Assembly (NCBI GenBank): GCA_047639165.1
Contig: JBLINH010000002.1
Span: forward strand, 1 to 54,640
Origin: Minisyncoccia bacterium
Lineage (GTDB): Bacteria > Patescibacteriota > Minisyncoccia > Phycocordibacterales > JAACPR01
Reading direction: 5' to 3'
DNA length: 54,640 nucleotides
In this document: positions 54,524 through 54,640 of the stretch, piece after piece
How the letters are laid out: each line of letters begins with the position of its first letter
How positions within the stretch are numbered: position 1 is the stretch's first letter
Translations under genes and position numbers: made by a program
The notes under the pieces: model-generated
Told to the model about the DNA's origin: nothing
The model's database searches: none
The model's input: the letters and a program-made list of their open reading frames with translations, nothing else

Positions 54524-54586
54524 AGAGAATCGAACTCTGATTTCAGCCTTGAAAAGGCCGTGTCCTAACCGTTAGACGATGGGGCC
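54515..54586 (-). tRNA. tRNA-Glu (anticodon UUC)
   Basis: Hand-folded: GGCCCCA-TC-GTCT-AACGGTTA-GGAC-A-CGGCC-TTTTCAA-GGCTG-AAAT-CAGAG-TTCGATT-CTCTG-TGGGGTC-A. Confidence 0.9.
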
Positions 54587-54640
54587 AAGACTGGCTTGGC
54601 AGTACGCCAAAATATACCAGTTTTTTGGAAAAAAATCTAG

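Overview
AT-rich, gene-dense bacterial chromosome segment read with the standard code. Most of it is housekeeping: aspS, lysS, typA, lepA, valS, tsaD, RNase J, secG, htpX, msrB, murJ, RNase P RNA and three tRNAs (Arg-CCU, Phe-GAA, Glu-UUC). There are also envelope and glycan genes (GT4, O-antigen-ligase/TPR, GH1, a GH-A hydrolase), a Fur-family/ZIP/YibE-F metal cluster, an OmpR/histidine-kinase pair, and a DUF4258/DUF2283 TA-like pair. AspRS lacks the GAD insertion, ValRS lacks the C-terminal coiled coil, the RNase P RNA is compact, and no biosynthetic operons are present. This fits a reduced-genome, Patescibacteria/CPR-like organism, which is inference only. Two accessory regions stand out. 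(1) The right end (about 48.7-54.6 kb) is an island abutting tRNA-Glu. Single-gene-sized cassettes, all on the minus strand, are separated by copies of a conserved element that starts with a copy of the tRNA-Glu 3' end. One pair of 68-bp direct repeats is 67/68 identical and brackets a 151-aa orphan gene. Four tandem 9-mers sit beside one copy. No recombinase is visible in the window. The cargo is orphan proteins, an alpha/beta hydrolase, a frameshifted Abi-like fragment, and a very AT-rich 605-aa GT-A-like protein with an N-terminal helix-turn-helix-like segment, preceded by micro-ORFs. (2) The left end has a 514-aa orphan gene bracketed by a colinear 92-nt duplication. The duplication encodes paralogous micro-ORFs with the motif PYGAWYxNxRDRTGQ, and half of the differences in its 47-nt core are synonymous third-position changes. 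Other observations include a decayed serine-recombinase remnant, a three-hairpin leader or sRNA candidate upstream of a glutaredoxin-like gene, palindromic operator candidates, and an A8-tract frameshifted small gene. No CRISPR array, rRNA or intact transposase was seen.
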